Assembly (NCBI RefSeq): GCF_000143415.4
Contig: NW_003314356.1
Coordinates: forward strand, 62,001-126,000
From: Selaginella moellendorffii
Lineage: Eukaryota > Plantae > Lycopodiophyta
Direction of reading: 5' to 3'
Length of the DNA: 64,000 nt
Part shown: one piece after another, positions 1 to 14,151 of the stretch
Numbering within the stretch: position 1 is the stretch's first letter
How the letters are laid out: every line of letters starts with the position of its first letter
Position numbers and translations under genes: made by a program
Notes under the pieces: model-generated
Told to the model about the DNA's origin: nothing
Database searches by the model: none
The model's input: only the letters and a program-made list of their open reading frames with translations

Positions 1-2260
1 ACTGCCATGTTGCTTTCCAGTGATAGAGGAGGAAGAACCCCATAATGGTACAGCGTTGGCACTCAACTATGGTGTCTGATTAATTGAGCAGCCAGTCACG
101 TTCATATTAGTGGCTCCAGTGACGATAACTCGAGAGCACCACTGCTGTATTCGCAGTGCACTCCTCGTTGGGAAATTTCAAGCAAATACTGGATATTTTG
201 ATCGGCTCCAAAACTGTAAACACAAAATTTCAGGATTGTATCCCCACTGCAAGAATATGGCAACCATAAATTCTCTGCCTTTCATTATTAGAGCTCAACA
301 CTGAATCTCAGTAGTTTCCAATCAAAAGAACCAAAATAAATAAATCCCAGCCTTTCTGCCACTCCTGGGAATAAGAAGGGAGACCTGCAATAGGAAAACC
401 AGGCTGTAAAACACACAAGCACCTCCAAAAGCTCATTCATTGGAAATAAGAACAACTACTTTTTCTAGAATTCGACATATTCTACTTTACCATAAATTAC
501 CTGGACAGTGTCATGAGTTTAAGGTTGATTAAACCTGCAATCCTTACTATTATGTGCTGAGATTACTTCATTTTCACATTTTTACATCTTCATTTTCCGA
601 TCCATCTTTTCTCCTACAGAAACATCAAACATCAGTAAGTGATCCACATCAATGAGAAAGAAAAGTGCCACAAAGATATCAGAGTCAATAACAATAAAAA
701 GAATAGTTGTATTGATTGTGAGCCATTAGCTTGAATGCCACAGCAGTTTGTAAAAATAATCACAAGACTGGATGTGTAGTTTACAATGGCACAAAAGGGA
801 AGAGACCTCTCTTACCTCACTCATTTGATCGAGAAAACGTGACTTGTCATCTTTCTCTCTGAAACATACACAAAGTGAGCAAATGAAAGGAGTTGAGAAT
901 GTAAAGGCACATATATCTGGTGAGCTCGATGACATAGCAAAAGTGTACATGACAACATCAATCCTAGAGGTCCCACCTCGATCAGGCTGCTTGCATTATA
1001 GAATTGGTGCTGGATCATCGCTGCCATCTTCACTCGGACTGGGACTCAGCTCAAAAGTAACGATGTTTGTCGAAATAAATGCTACTTTCTTCATGAATGA
1101 CAAATATCATTGGTGTTATTCAGACTGAGAAGGACCGTCTCCATTATAAAGCCACACTAATAAAAAAGAGCATAAGTGAAAGCAATGGAAAACATGAGAG
1201 CAATACCAAGAGGAAGCAAGAACGAATGTTGGAGTTCTGTACTTGTGTTTGCAAGTGAATCCAAGCGTTCCCTTGCTGGCCTGGCATACTCACAAGAGGA
1301 GGACAACAAAAGGCCTCGTCCAGTAGTTTTATCATTGGTGCCGCCAAGGTTTCACTGCCACCAAGGCCAGCAAGCCCAATTTCCGTCCAGCTCTCGCCTA
1401 AAGAGATTGCAGGATTTAAATACATTCTGTTCATCATTTGGTTTTACTGTTACTTTGAAAGATTGAATCAGCAACTCACCACAGCTGAGAACAGTTTGAA
1501 CCAGCTACGTTCTGGCACATAAGAAAATTGGTATGCTATTCAGATGGAATCATGTCAAGGATTGAGCAACTGAAACTAAGCTTTTCACCAAGGCAAGAAC
1601 AAATAAAAAATGTAATAAAATTACCAGTCCTTCCCCCTGGGTCAAGCAGATAAATTCTAATTGCTGACCCACTGCATTGGCCAGTGCCGGGTGCTTCCTG
1701 GCCTGAGTGGCATGACACAAGATCAGATCACCCGAAAGAACACAAAACCTGAGGAGTTACCTGCTAATTTCCAGAGCTTTCTCATGGAACCCAAGGAGAG
1801 CCTCTTCCCGCAATAGTCCACTTTCTTTTTTTATTGAAACGACCAAGGAAACAAACAGCCTGTCAAACACACTTGAGGAGAGTTACTTACCTCCTAAACC
1901 TGATCAGCTGCTGATGGTGAACGTATCACCTGGCTCTTTTCAATCTTGGCATATGCAACTCACTGTCCTTGGCAAATAAAAAGGTTCTGCAGGATGCTCG
2001 TCAGTGCTCTGGTATGGAGCGCTGAACTTGTTGACCACATGCAAACCAGCCAGTTCTCGCCTCTCTAGGATGTTCCTTTTGACAGAAGAATAGTACGCAA
2101 TGGCCAGCTCAATCCAGGGCATTGGAATTTGAAGACATCGCAGCCAATTCTTGCATCTACAAGAACAAACAATGGAGGCTAAAGTGGAATCCAGAAAAGC
2201 TTACCTTCCATATACCAACTTATAGCATGGAAGGAGAGTCCCGCAGCCAAGTTGTGACAC

Positions 2261-2264
<4 letters not shown>

Positions 2265-2300
<36 letters not shown>
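2265..2300. repeat. (AG)18 microsatellite
   Basis: Perfect AG dinucleotide run. Confidence 0.95.
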
Positions 2301-2304
<4 letters not shown>

Positions 2305-2481
2305 CAGCTCACAATCTGCCCTAAAAATTTCCTTGATTTGGAACGTCATTAAAATCACATTGAAGCGTTGCCACCCCTTTGGCACTTGATCTATGCCGTC
2401 TATTTGAAGTTTTTGAATTTGAACCATTAGATTATAAGCATATTCATAAATAATATTCTAAAAATGGAATAAAAGACGCCG

Positions 2482-2570
2482 GATGCCATATGCCAATAGC
2501 ACGTTTAAATAAGGGAGTAAGATGATTATGATGATGCCATATGCCAATAGCACATTTAAGTAAGGGAGTA
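2482..2570 (-). repeat. Two copies of a 38-bp unit resembling a Helitron 5' end
   Basis: GATGCCATATGCCAATAGCAC.TTTAA.TAAGGGAGTA at 2482-2519 and 2533-2570. On the minus strand it reads TACTCCCTTA.TTAAA.GTGCTATTGG, homologous to 44055-44084 and to the 48555/54776 site. Confidence 0.6.
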
Positions 2571-2598
2571 CTAGCAAAAAGTCCCAGCTACGCTGGGA
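2571..2598 (-). mobile_element. Helitron-like 3' terminus
   Basis: Minus strand: hairpin TCCCAGC-GTA-GCTGGGA ending 11 nt before a terminal CTAG, followed by T. This is the canonical Helitron 3' signature; the 5' end was not located. Confidence 0.6.
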
Positions 2599-4121
2599 GG
2601 ATCGTGTTTATTTCTGATGTTTTAGTAGTTTCAAAGAATTGTAATTGTAATTGTAATTTTTAACATAATCATTTTGAAAAAATACATAGTTAAACATCTT
2701 TATATTTAAATATCTTTATATTTAAAATCCCGTCTACAATTGATTCTATCACCAACACACATCATAACATAATAAATATAATTCATAACGTTATATCACA
2801 TTTAAAACTCTATTTGTCGAGTGAAGAGACTGCCATTATAAGTACTTTTCCTTTGAATTTTATATAACCTTCACTGCTATGGATTCTGTGAATGGCACTT
2901 TCAGGGCAACATGTTCCTCCTCTTCCTCCATATTTCTAAAATTAATGCAGAAAATTTCAAGATTGGCAAGGTGCTGGAATCAATAGTCAAGCTTGCCATT
3001 GTGTAGCTGCATTGTGTAGCTCGAAGTTGTCCAGGCCCAGAGGGCGCTGAGTGTTCTTCTCTAGAAGGTTTTCCAGGCCTAAAGGTCAATGCAACGCTTT
3101 TGATGGTAGGGATTCGTGTGTGCAACCAGAAAACGTATTCCATGTTTGCCAAAAGCATTATAACCAATTGTGCTTTAGATTGAAGGCTGCAAAATAAACT
3201 GGTCTTACCAATATGACTGCTTGGCCACTTCTCATGGAAAATACATGTTTATGAAAAGTTTGCTTCCCTTATATGTAATAAAGAATAACATTTTGGCACT
3301 ATTGATGTTTGGTAGCTAAAGGTATTGGGCAAAGAAACTTTTTATTCTCTAAAGCTCTACTTACAGGTCTATTCATGATTCATAACTCATGCTGCATGAT
3401 TAGTACAACTGCTTAGGGATGCTATGTTTCCACAACCGACTGTGGGATACACTGAGATCACTCCAATCCTCACCAGAATTCTCATGCTTAAACACTCAAG
3501 ATCATACTGCTCTCCTAAAGAACACTCCAAGAACACTTTGGAACACTTTTAAACACTGTTAATCATGGAAAGAAAGGGCCTAACCGCTCCTGTCACTGTC
3601 CTCCTACTTATATCTCTTGCTCCTAGCCAAATCTCCTAAATTGGACTGCAAATCCTTCTCTGCACTTTGTCTTGTAGCGAAGACCTTGGGCACCCAAATC
3701 ACAGAGGAATATCTCAGTGGATCTCCTCTCCTTGCCCTAGTGCCATGTGGATGAAATGCACCTTTTACTGTTTCCAGAGTTTGAATGGTACATGGTGATA
3801 CCCTACATAAATGATGATGACATTAGCCCAAGGTTGAACCTCCAAAGATCATCAAAGATCAGCTTTAGAGTAAATTAGGAAAATCTCTTTTCTAATGTAA
3901 GTCAACTAATATCTAATTGCCTGTTACAGGTGTCGAGTTTACCAATCAGGCAGCAGTACACTATCCCAAAATCTTTCTTGATGCAAAGAGAGATTTACCA
4001 TTTTAACAAAATGAAGATCTGATTTTCTTTTTGCGTCCTTGATCGTGGTATACCTAGTCCATGCTAAGCGTTTGACAAGTTCCAGTATTCATTTCATTGT
4101 GTATTACCATTCATAGTGGTA

Positions 4122-6318
4122 TCATTGTACTTCACATACAAAAGCATCCTGTACGAACTCGTCCAGTAGACTTTCAAAAATCTGCTCACAGATGTCGGTT
4201 GCAATAACTAGGTCTTCTTCATCAGTAGGATAGGCTTCGGCCTGGATAAAACAAGTTGAGCAATACAAATCCAGAACGCTCATGATTTTGTCAGTCACAA
4301 CTGTAGCAACCTCCGAGTGAGAGACAAGTGCATGTTTAAGACGTGGCATGCCCAAGTACCCGGTCATAAACTCATAAAGAGCCTTGCTAAACATCTTGCA
4401 ACTCTGATAGTTTGGGTGCCGCTGCAGCGGAAAGGAGAAAGAGGACGACGTGTCGAGCTCTACAAACTTCAATGCAAACTTTAGAACGTAATCCTTTTTG
4501 CTGCTCGGTCCTGCTGGCCCACCACATAGTATTTGATCCCAGGTTACTTTTTTTGTCAAAAACCTTTCTATATTTAGCCGAGATGAAAGATTTTCTGAAA
4601 GCGGTAATTTGTTTAGATTGCTTGGTGGTTCCTCTGGTGCTTCACAAGGCGCATCTGCAATTTCATCCAAAGCAAGAACATCAACTTTTAAACTATTGAA
4701 AGGCTTACGCAAACTCATGTGTATAATGTTGGCTGCAAAAAAGATTAGTTAACCAATGCTTCTCTAGTTTCTGTACTTGATGTAAATGTTTTGGTTCGGA
4801 TTGTTTCACACCTAAAATGTCTGTTTCAGCATGTTTCTTGAATAAGTAATTACACTCCACCTGCCCAGAATTGCTCATCTTTATCACCTTGTCGTCCTTA
4901 TCAATACTGTCAAACGCTGCACGTATGCAATTGATATCATATTCATATTCTTCCGAAGTAAGATCTGCACCATAATCTTTGATTGATTCATCTATGCAAA
5001 TCTCTTCTGGTATATCGTCTTCTTCAATATTAAGCAAGTCCTCTAGCATTTGCGCTTTAGAAATTCTTAGACAACCAGCTGTATTTCTTTTTCTGAGTGC
5101 CAGTTCGTGTATTGGTCTCAAACCTTGCTCTTCACAGTGAATACTAAACATGGCACTTTCAGCACTTGATTTCTTGTGCTTTGCATTTTTTCTCGATGTA
5201 GAGTTACCTCTTGTCAGAGTTTTATTATCCTGGCTCGAAATACGGACAGGAGGGTAGGAATGTAACGGGTTACTTCCATTTGTCCAAACCCCTTCAACCA
5301 AATGTCCAGATTTAGCTTCTTCATTGTTCTCATTTAACTTTAAACTTGGCACTGGACCCGGACCCTCCTCTCCATTCATTTCATCCCTTAAATTTATTTT
5401 CGGTTGTAAGAGCTCGTTTCCACCACGATTTTCTTGTATACTGACCTTTGCGAAATCGTCAGGGTCATCTAAGCCTTGATTATTTTGACCTGATTTCTTG
5501 GTTTCACTGTCCATTTGAAATACAAGTGGTATATCTGAGGTGTGAATATCAAAACCACTTGAACTGCTTCCAATTTCTCCAATTCGATTTCGACGGCCTT
5601 CTCGGCTGGATGTCCAACATCATCTTTTGATTTGGAAAAACTGTTTACTTGGCCTAGAGTTCGCATGCTCTTTCTAGGCAAATGAGAAACTATTGAGTTC
5701 TTATATATTAATACCAGTTCACTTGCACATGGCTCCACCACAATATCTGTCTTCATAACATCTTCTCCAGGTTTAGCTTCATTATTTTGATCTCCAGACT
5801 CGCTGTCAAAAGATTCCGAATAGTTTGTGGTGTCGGTTGCACTGACATCTGATTCATCTGTAGCTGCGTTGTTGCTAGTATTCCTGAACCTTTGGAACTC
5901 AATAAAATTTTGCAATTTACCACCATCATAATGGAGTTCATTATGTTTATTTATTCTCTCTCGTGTCTCCCTGATTTCTGTGTCGAGCTTCTGCCAAATC
6001 TCAAATTTATTATGAAAATCTTAATAGATTTACCTTTAACTCAATCTTTAAAACATGCCGTTTCAACTTAAGTCTCCAATCTTGTGCTTCTCTCTGCTTT
6101 TTTACCACATCTTTTTCAAGCCATCCAATCTTTTGTTCTTCATAGTCTGTGAAAATGTAATGTAAAACATCCAAATTACGAGCCATGTTATTACATAGAC
6201 TGCCACACTTCCAACTTGGCTGTTTACGTTTTTTAAATTTGTCGTCACCTCGTTGTTTGTTAGACTCGCAAAATTCAAGTAATTTAGGGTTGTCATCCGG
6301 CCAAAACAAAGTAATCAT
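4122..6318 (-). pseudogene. Frameshifted gene ending in a DUF4378-like (TRM/LONGIFOLIA/CAP350-type) C-terminal motif
   Basis: Adjacent or overlapping minus-strand ORFs 6010-6318, 5469-5915, 4705-5514 and 4122-4718 in different frames. The last ends IATDICEQIFESLLDEFVQD, resembling the DUF4378 terminal helix. Confidence 0.45.
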
Positions 6319-6557
6319 GCAAAAGTGTTTTTTTGAAGAGGTTGAGCCTTACCCAGTTTCCGTTTGCTTGTTTTTTTACATAGGATAAAATAGATTCGTC
6401 ACTACATTAAGGAACATTAGACAAGAATGAATGTTGATTGGTTGAACCAGAAACTGTTACCGCAATGGATGTGGTATTTTCCATGGATTGCTTGCCCGCT
6501 TGAGATTTTTAACTAGCCTGTTAATAAAAATGAGAAGGTTAAGAATTGGTCTTAAAT

Positions 6558-6582
6558 CCCCCCTCCCCCCCCCCCCCCCCCC
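6558..6582. repeat. poly-C tract
   Basis: C6-T-C18 run followed by G-T7. Confidence 0.9.
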
Positions 6583-6745
6583 GTTTTTTTACCTTCTCGA
6601 GATTGGAACATGACACTTTCTGCACTTTGACAAATGTACAACATGACTCCTTATATTAGTATCTGCAAGCAGCAAAAACATCACAAAATATACATTAAAA
6701 TACATCCAAATATCAAAAATATATACATCAGGTATATATTAACTA

Positions 6746-9011
6746 TCACACACCTTCACAGCAATGCCCTTCAAGTAACGGCCCAAACGAGATTTTACTC
6801 TCTCTTCCCGGTGAAGTAGTTCTATCATTAGAGCACTCTCCCTCGCTGGGAATTCTAGTTTCACAAAGTTTGGGACTCCAATTATCTTTCATATATAGTC
6901 TGTAGGTTGTGTATAACATGATAACGCTAAACGGATCAGGATAGTTTCTTCGTCCACTATCTCTGAGTCTATCCAAATTTGGCAGTTTTATTTGAAATAT
7001 GTCCGGACAGGACCTAGAGAGGCGTGTTTTCAATCTGGTTCTGGCAGTGGGTAGAAGAATTTCGTGGGTGTCCTGTAAAACGAACTCTGAGCTCTTTAGA
7101 GCCTTATCAAGGATTTGATCGTGCTGATTGTCGAAGCCTGTGGTGTACCTTGGTGGACTACTACAGCCAACTTGCTCCAACTCTGTCAAGTCTACCTTTG
7201 CTTTTGAGAGAATAAGAGGTGCCGGGCAATAGATAATCTCTTGTGAAGGTTTAAGTTCCGTACAAGTACCACAATTTTCTTCAAGGCGCAAGTCAACATC
7301 GTCTGGCATGCTATGTTCATTGTTTTGGATCAGTGCATTTATGCTATGTGCTATTCTGCTGGCTGAGTTTCCTGGATAAGATACTTCCATTCCCTCGTTC
7401 GTAAAACTGGGAAGACAGGCAGCGTCAACACGATAGATAAGCTGTTGGGCGAGATCTTTAATCAAAGGAAGGTAGCTCTTTTTATCAGTGTTTTGTCTGA
7501 AGCTGCCCGTAGATTGGAAGTCTGTGTTCTCAGTTCTTTTCAGAGATGCATCTTTGTCTTTCTCCAGATTTTGTTCCCCTGTTTTGTCTCTTTTTTTTGC
7601 CTCTTTTCTTGGTTTTTCTTCATTTACTGATTTCATTGCATATGTATTTGCCAGGCTGTCCTCACAAAAGGTTGTTTTGGGCTTTTTACAATGAAAATAA
7701 TTTCTTTTTTTCATGGAACTATAATTTAATAGTTGAGGGGAATACGAGACCACATCAGCAGACCTTTTTTGTTGACGAGTTGAACCAGACCGTCTTAAGG
7801 GCAAAAAGGATGTTTTAGACAGCTTGTGCTTGACTCGTTTCCCTTCTGCTTTCTGAAAAAAGAATAAATACTGAAAATGGGTTTTCATGGCTAACCTGAC
7901 GTTTTGAGCTCGGTAAAAGTCCCAGTCCAGACAAACTTTTATGAACTTGAACTCCGGTTTTCCAGGACGCTTTTCTAATGACTGGTTCCTTTGGTTTTGA
8001 CTTCGATCCTGAATCAAACCCCACAAGTTTATTGCTTCTAATAAGCTCAACTGTGTTGCTGCCACAGGAGCGTAAGGTTGTGACTTGTTCGCTTTTCAAA
8101 GTATTTTCCAATTCAAGATCCGGCAGGCCCATTTCTTGCAGATTTGTCAGGGAACCAAACCAAGGCCCAACTCCCTCGCGAGAATGACGCACAAATTCAG
8201 AATCCCATGGAGGCTTTTGCAAGTTTGTTTTAGGTTTAGATTGCCACCTGTAGAAATGATGATGTACTAAAGCGACGTGAAAGACTCACTTTACCCCAAT
8301 TTACAGCGCCGGATCTGATCAAAGTGCTTCACACGGTCTTTGCAAGATATCTTTTCAGGATTTGTTGCTCGTTTCCTTTTTGTCTTCGAAAGTCCGACCT
8401 GTGGTGTTCAAAATATTAATGAAGGAAAAAACTAGCAAGAATCTCACTCCGTCATCATGTGCATGCACTGTAGTACATGATTTCTTTCTTGACTGGTTCT
8501 GCACACAATGGGAGGAGCTACTGCTCTTTTTCAGGGAGTTGACGTCTAGTGTGGCGGTTGCAGAAATCGGGACTAAACCAGCTGTCCGAAGGCAACAGTT
8601 AGGAGCTTCAGCTTTTGTCCGCTGGTATTTGTGCAGAGGAACTTTATGTCTGAGCGATTCTGCCGGCAGAGAATGCTTTTTACCAGTAGGCTCTGTGCAT
8701 GAATACGGCAAGTAACAGTGCAGGGATCTTCTTCGATTTCCACCGACAGGTGCTTTTCCCTCCGCTCCTTTCCAGAGCAGTTGAGCTTCAAAGCTTTCCA
8801 ACATCTGCTCGTCGTTGATCTTCGTGATCGTTTGCTGTCCTTTTTCTTTTACAATGCTTGATATTCGATTGTTTTCTAAAAAACTCTGGAACAAGTCTAG
8901 ATCTGCTGGAGCATGCCTGGCCACAAGAGCTATCAGAGGTGGGCTCACGTACTCAGGGAAAGCCATAATCTTACAACAGCTGCAATACGACCACAAACCT
9001 ATTAGTATCAC
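6746..9011 (-). pseudogene. Broken long ORFs of unknown function, possibly the upstream part of the 4122-6318 gene
   Basis: Minus ORFs 8355-9011 (218 aa), 7815-8222 and 6746-8065 (439 aa); low-complexity K/S/E-rich, no recognisable domain. Confidence 0.3.
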
Positions 9012-9138
9012 CCTCTGTCGGTTTCAGTATATTCTCCTGGACAATTTTTTTATGTCGAGAAGAGTGTTTTCCAGGATGATTTCTAGCTTGTTTTTAAGAA
9101 GACTCTTATTGCCCTTCCCTGCAGTTCAAGAAAACTTG

Positions 9139-9744
9139 GAGTATCACCTCCTATGACATACAAGATACTTGATTCGGTAATCTTGCACAGATGCCTCATA
9201 AAGTCACTAAATGCTAGCATATTCTGTTTGAGAAACTGAAAAAAGGTAAAACTCAAGTCAGAATGAAAATAATTTAGCATCTTACACACATGAATGTCAG
9301 CAAATATACAATCAAGCCACAGAACCTGGGATTTTCTGAAGTACATACCTTTACTATAATAGATGTAATCCTGGGTGTCTTCAAAGCTACATTTTCCAGC
9401 AAATGATCTGTAAGTTAAGGATTCAATTTTATCACTCTTTTAGATTTTACTCACTCTTGCAAAAATTGAATCCTTAACTTACATTTGCTGGAAAATGTAG
9501 CTTTGAAGACATCCAGGATTACTTCTATTATAGTAAAGGTATGTACTTCAGGAAATCCCAGGATCCGTGGCTTGATCGTATATTTGCTGATATTCATATG
9601 TGTAAGATGCTAAATAATTCATTCTGACTTGAGTTTTTCTTTTTTCATTTTTGCAATCAGAATTTGATAACATTTAGTCACATTATCAGGCATCTATGCA
9701 AGATTACCAAATCAAGTATTAGTATGTCATATGAGGTGATACTC
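9139..9744. repeat. Long imperfect inverted repeat (foldback), ~290-bp arms, ~31-bp loop
   Basis: 9139-9430 is the reverse complement of 9462-9744, with scattered mismatches and small indels (outer ends GAGTATCACCTC / GAGGTGATACTC; inner ends TAAGGATTCAATTTT / AAAATTGAATCCTTA). Confidence 0.95.
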
Positions 9745-10701
9745 TCCAAACTAGCCATAAAGTGAATGCAAGCATATTCATGAACTCGCCCCAATTCATC
9801 CATGTGTCTACAGAATATCCTGAACCTGCTATATGGCCTGTCTAGGCAAGCTCCTCCTACACTAGGGGAGGCCAGGAAAATCCAAGGCTACCCAACTCAC
9901 TCACTGGCTGACAAGACCAAACCAATCAAGCTAGGGACCCAAGGTCTATATTGCACTGCACAGGATAAATCCCACATAAGAGGATGATGAAGTGTGCTCA
10001 ACCGTGTTTCCACTGGTCGGTTGCAAACTACTCCAGGGCATCAGGTAAGGTGCAATTGGTCCAATTGCCCCACTGTCACACTCTTGCAAGACATAAATAA
10101 AAAACACTCTTTTACTAATCAGATACTCTTAGGGCCATTGTGTTGCCACTAGCAGGCTGTGAGCCACTCTCTTCTACTCAAGAATTCCTTCAAAATCTCT
10201 ATGTCAGAGCATCCCACCATTGGCAAGTAACATAGTAGTTCTGGGACAATGATCTTGAATCCAAGAGTGTTCTCATAGGAGTTAGATTTGAGAGTGTCCT
10301 CCATGTATGTTGCTAGTGGCAGGCTGTGAGATCTCTCTCTCCATATTCAAAGTCCTCATAATCACTAGTATACACTGTTAAACACTTTCAAATGCAGGAC
10401 CACTGGAAAGATGGGGGTGGGGCCCAGCCTGACCCTACTCTGCCACCTATGCTATATTTACTTTTATCTACCTCCAAACTAGATCTCCAAATCCACTCCT
10501 AATTTTGACCTCTTTAAAAATACCCCAAACCCTCCTTAGCATAATTATCTTACCCTAATGCCATGTGGATTATTGCTGCTCTTCAACTTTGGATGGTATA
10601 CCCTAGCAATTCCAGCTGCAAGATGTGAGGGATTTTAAGGGAGAAAGAGGTATTTAGGCATCAACCTCATCTTAAGAACCATCTAAAACATTCTAACACC
10701 A

Positions 10702-10928
10702 TGTTATGATCTGGCATAAAAAGACAAAGATCTAGTCTCCATAGACTATGTTATGCCACCTCTTGAAATTCCTTACCACCCAACCACCCCTGAGCTACCT
10801 CAAAAGCTCCACTATGCTGCTGCTCCACTGTGAGCCCTAGGGTAGGTTAAGTTCCCTACCCTAACATGCCTTAATATACCCATGGCTTCCATTGATGTTG
10901 ACCACATGGTTAAAGCTGGTGCTTAACA
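10702..10928 (-). repeat. 3' LTR of family C (227 bp)
   Basis: TGTTA...TAACA ends; reverse complement aligns with LTR 60457-60697. Confidence 0.85.
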
Positions 10929-13900
10929 ATTCTTCCCCCTCAACAAAGTCCTTATCCCAAGGATGAGTTGTACCAGTGATTACCCTTTATAGGGAACTCT
11001 ACTCAAGCTCCTGGTCCATTTCCTACAGTTATATATATCAAGGAGGCATTAGGCTTGTCATTTTGAGATAGTACACCTTTCAACTAGCTAACATAAAATA
11101 CTAGATGAATTTTCATCCTAGTTAGCAATTGCACTGATAAACCGCCTTACCAATGCGCTCCAACACTTCATATGGACCAGCATACCAATGAGAAAGTTTA
11201 TCACTCTTCCCATTCCACAAAGCTACTAAAGTGTTCCACTACTCACTTGACAAAAAAATCACTTGCACAAAAACGAAATCACCCACCTTATATTCCTGGA
11301 ATTGGCAATACTCATTAGTAAACTTTTCCACTTTATCCTGAGCTACCTACAAATTCTGTTTGCAAACCACTAAAATCTCATCAAGTTCCATGGCTAAATT
11401 AGTTCTCTTGGAATTAAGCTTATCTTGAACATCCTCACTCAAATGCAATCTTAACTCCACCGCTATTCAGGGATGCCTTCCAAACATGGCAAAGTAAGAA
11501 CTTAGTTTGGTTCTATTATATTGGCTGTTATTATAAATAAATTGCACCAATGGAAGATATAAATCTCAATGTCCTTGCCTTTGACCAATGTTATAGTGTA
11601 GCATATCCTCCACTACTTGATTCATATGCTCAATTTGCCCATCCATCTAAGGATGATCTTCACTCAAGTTTCAAAGTCACTTGCATAGCCTTTGCAAAGC
11701 TTTTCTAAAATCCACTAGTGAACTTTGAATCTCAATCACTAATGATGTCTTTCAATAAACCAAAATTAGGAAAAATCTTTTCTAAATGGATTGTAGCTAA
11801 GTTTGAGGCAGTGACAGTCTTCCAAAGAGCCAACAATCATACATACTTCGTCAATCAATCCACTATAACCCATATTTGCTCTTTTTACCTTTGTGTTCAT
11901 GGCAAACAAGGGATGAAGTCTATAGAGATACTACACTAATGGCTCTAAGGAATAGGTAAAAGTTGCAAAAGCCCCCCTTAAACCACTAACAGAGTTTACA
12001 TGATTTATAATACTTGAGGATATTAGCTTTCATATTCCTTCAATAAAAATTACACTTAATCAACTTATACATCTTCCCCCCAAAATGACCGGCCTCTAGA
12101 CAATCATGATAATGGAATAAAACTTGAGTAATTAACACATCCACCCGTGGCAAATATACATGGCCATTGTAGTAAAAAATCCCATCCATTAATAGAAAGG
12201 TGCTTCCATCTAGGCTCTCAAAAAGACAACCTCAATATCTTTAGCCTAAGCACACTTAACCAATTGCCCAAACTCATTGGCCACCTTACTTAAATGATGA
12301 CAAAATTGTGTTTGTAATGCCATCACATAATAAATATGAGATTAAATATTTGCCACCACATTTTATTTTCCCAAATGATGCTCAATAGGAAACTCCCCAA
12401 ACTCCATGAGGTTGACCATCCAATGAGCTTGCCTAGTGTTCAACTCCTTTTATGTGAAAAGATACACAAGAAGTTTATGATCCATCAACACTACAAACAC
12501 TGCACTATAAAGATAGTGCTACCATATCTACAAAATATGAATAATAAAGAGTAACTAATAAAGAGTAAAAATATCATCCAAAAAAATTAATGCCTAAATA
12601 ATGCTTAAATACCTTTATCATCAATCGAGTAAATATGGTTGGTCAAACTAAATGGCATAATTGTAAACTCAAAATGCCCAAAGCTCATGTTAAATGCTGT
12701 CTTGGAGATAGATGCATCATCCATTACAATCTAATGATATCCACTTCTCAGATCAATCTTGGTAAACACCCGTGCTTCACCAAGTTTGTCTAAAATATCA
12801 TCTACACATAGCATTGGCATTTTATCCTTCATTATCTTCTTGTTCAAGGCACAATAGTCAATACATATTTACATTGAACCATCCTTCTTCTTCACAAGCA
12901 AGACTGGAGCACCAAACAGAGACTTACTTGGCTGAATAAATCCAAACTCAAGTAACTCCTTGATTTGTTGTTGAACTTCTTGCTCCTCTGTATAACTCAA
13001 CTGAAATGGATGCCAGAAAATTGGCCGTGTCCCCAGCTCTAACGTAATCCCATGCTCCACATCCTTTAATGGAGGCAACCCATGAGGAAGTTCAAATGGA
13101 AAAATATTGGAAAACTTATCGAGTATATCCTGTGCTATTTCTTCTCCCCTACACGTGCCTTGGTCCCTCAAGTCACAAACAAATAGCAAGTAACTCGAAA
13201 GTGCTTTTCTATTATGATAAGCCCATTTCAAAGATGTAACGGAGAGCATAACAACTAAAGGTTGAACTCCCACTTCAAACCACACATCTTTAATGCCACT
13301 ATACTCTAGCAAGATATGCTTAATACTCCACTTTATATTCGGATCTACCTTCACCAACTATGGCATCTCAAGAATGAGATCCTAGATATCCATGATATAA
13401 AAAGTCTTCACAAGTATGGTTTTGCCAACCAAGACTTCCAACCCCTCGACACAAGCATCAAAATGTTAAGCAGAGGTAGCTGCACCTTCCACTATATATG
13501 GAAGAACTCCTTGTGTCATTATAGGCCATGCTCCTCAACAAACTTTGTCGAAACAAAGTTGTCATTGTTCCCACTATCCAGTAAAATTTGCATTAGACCG
13601 CCACAGAACATGCCCTCCAGCATTAAAGCTAATTCACGAGTGTCCTCGAGCTCCATCTTTTTCCACACATAGTTGAGTTGAAGAACAATGATTGAAAGCC
13701 TCTTCCTCGAACTGGAATGGTCGTTCTTGTCATCCTCATGCTACAAAGTTTGCAACTTTTTAGTATTTGATTTACCGTTAGTAGAAGATTGGCCATTCTT
13801 TTACCCTGCTGTTTGTTTTTCAACTATAGACAATCAGTCTTATAGTGTCCAAGTTTGCTGCAATGATGCAACCCTTCTTTGACCCCTTTGCATCCAAAGT

Positions 13901-14151
13901 AGTCATCACAGATTTCAGCTTGTGATGCTTGTTTCCATCCTTGTGTCCATGACAATCATTATGATGATTCTTGATAGAAGGACTCCTTGAACGCTTGTGA
14001 GACTTGTACTTGTCATTGTCAAGTCGACGAGCCATATCAAAGAGCTCCTTCAAACTCTTTTTAGGCTGAGAATGACGCAAGTGTTGTTACATGCTCTCAC
14101 TATGAAGGCTATCAATGAAGTAAAACTTGTTTTGATCTAGATCCTTCATTG
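10702..14151 (-). mobile_element. Degenerate Ty3/gypsy LTR retrotransposon, family C (3' LTR, decayed pol, partial gag)
   Basis: Homologous to the plus-strand element at 60457-64000. ORF 12869-13357 has ELPHGLPP...SKSLFGAPVLLVKKKDGSM; PPT adjacent to the LTR at 10929-10944. Cut in gag by the family B insertion at 14152. Confidence 0.9.

Noticed and set aside
1-2430. Host gene exons on the minus strand
   Set aside because: Splice-like signals exist (e.g. a possible 51-nt intron at 2157-2207), but I could not build a stop-free model or recognise a domain.
3420-3790. Possible old LTR fragment similar to ~10000-10600
   Set aside because: Only patchy similarity (e.g. CCCTA.TGCCATGTGGAT); boundaries, PBS and TSD not definable.
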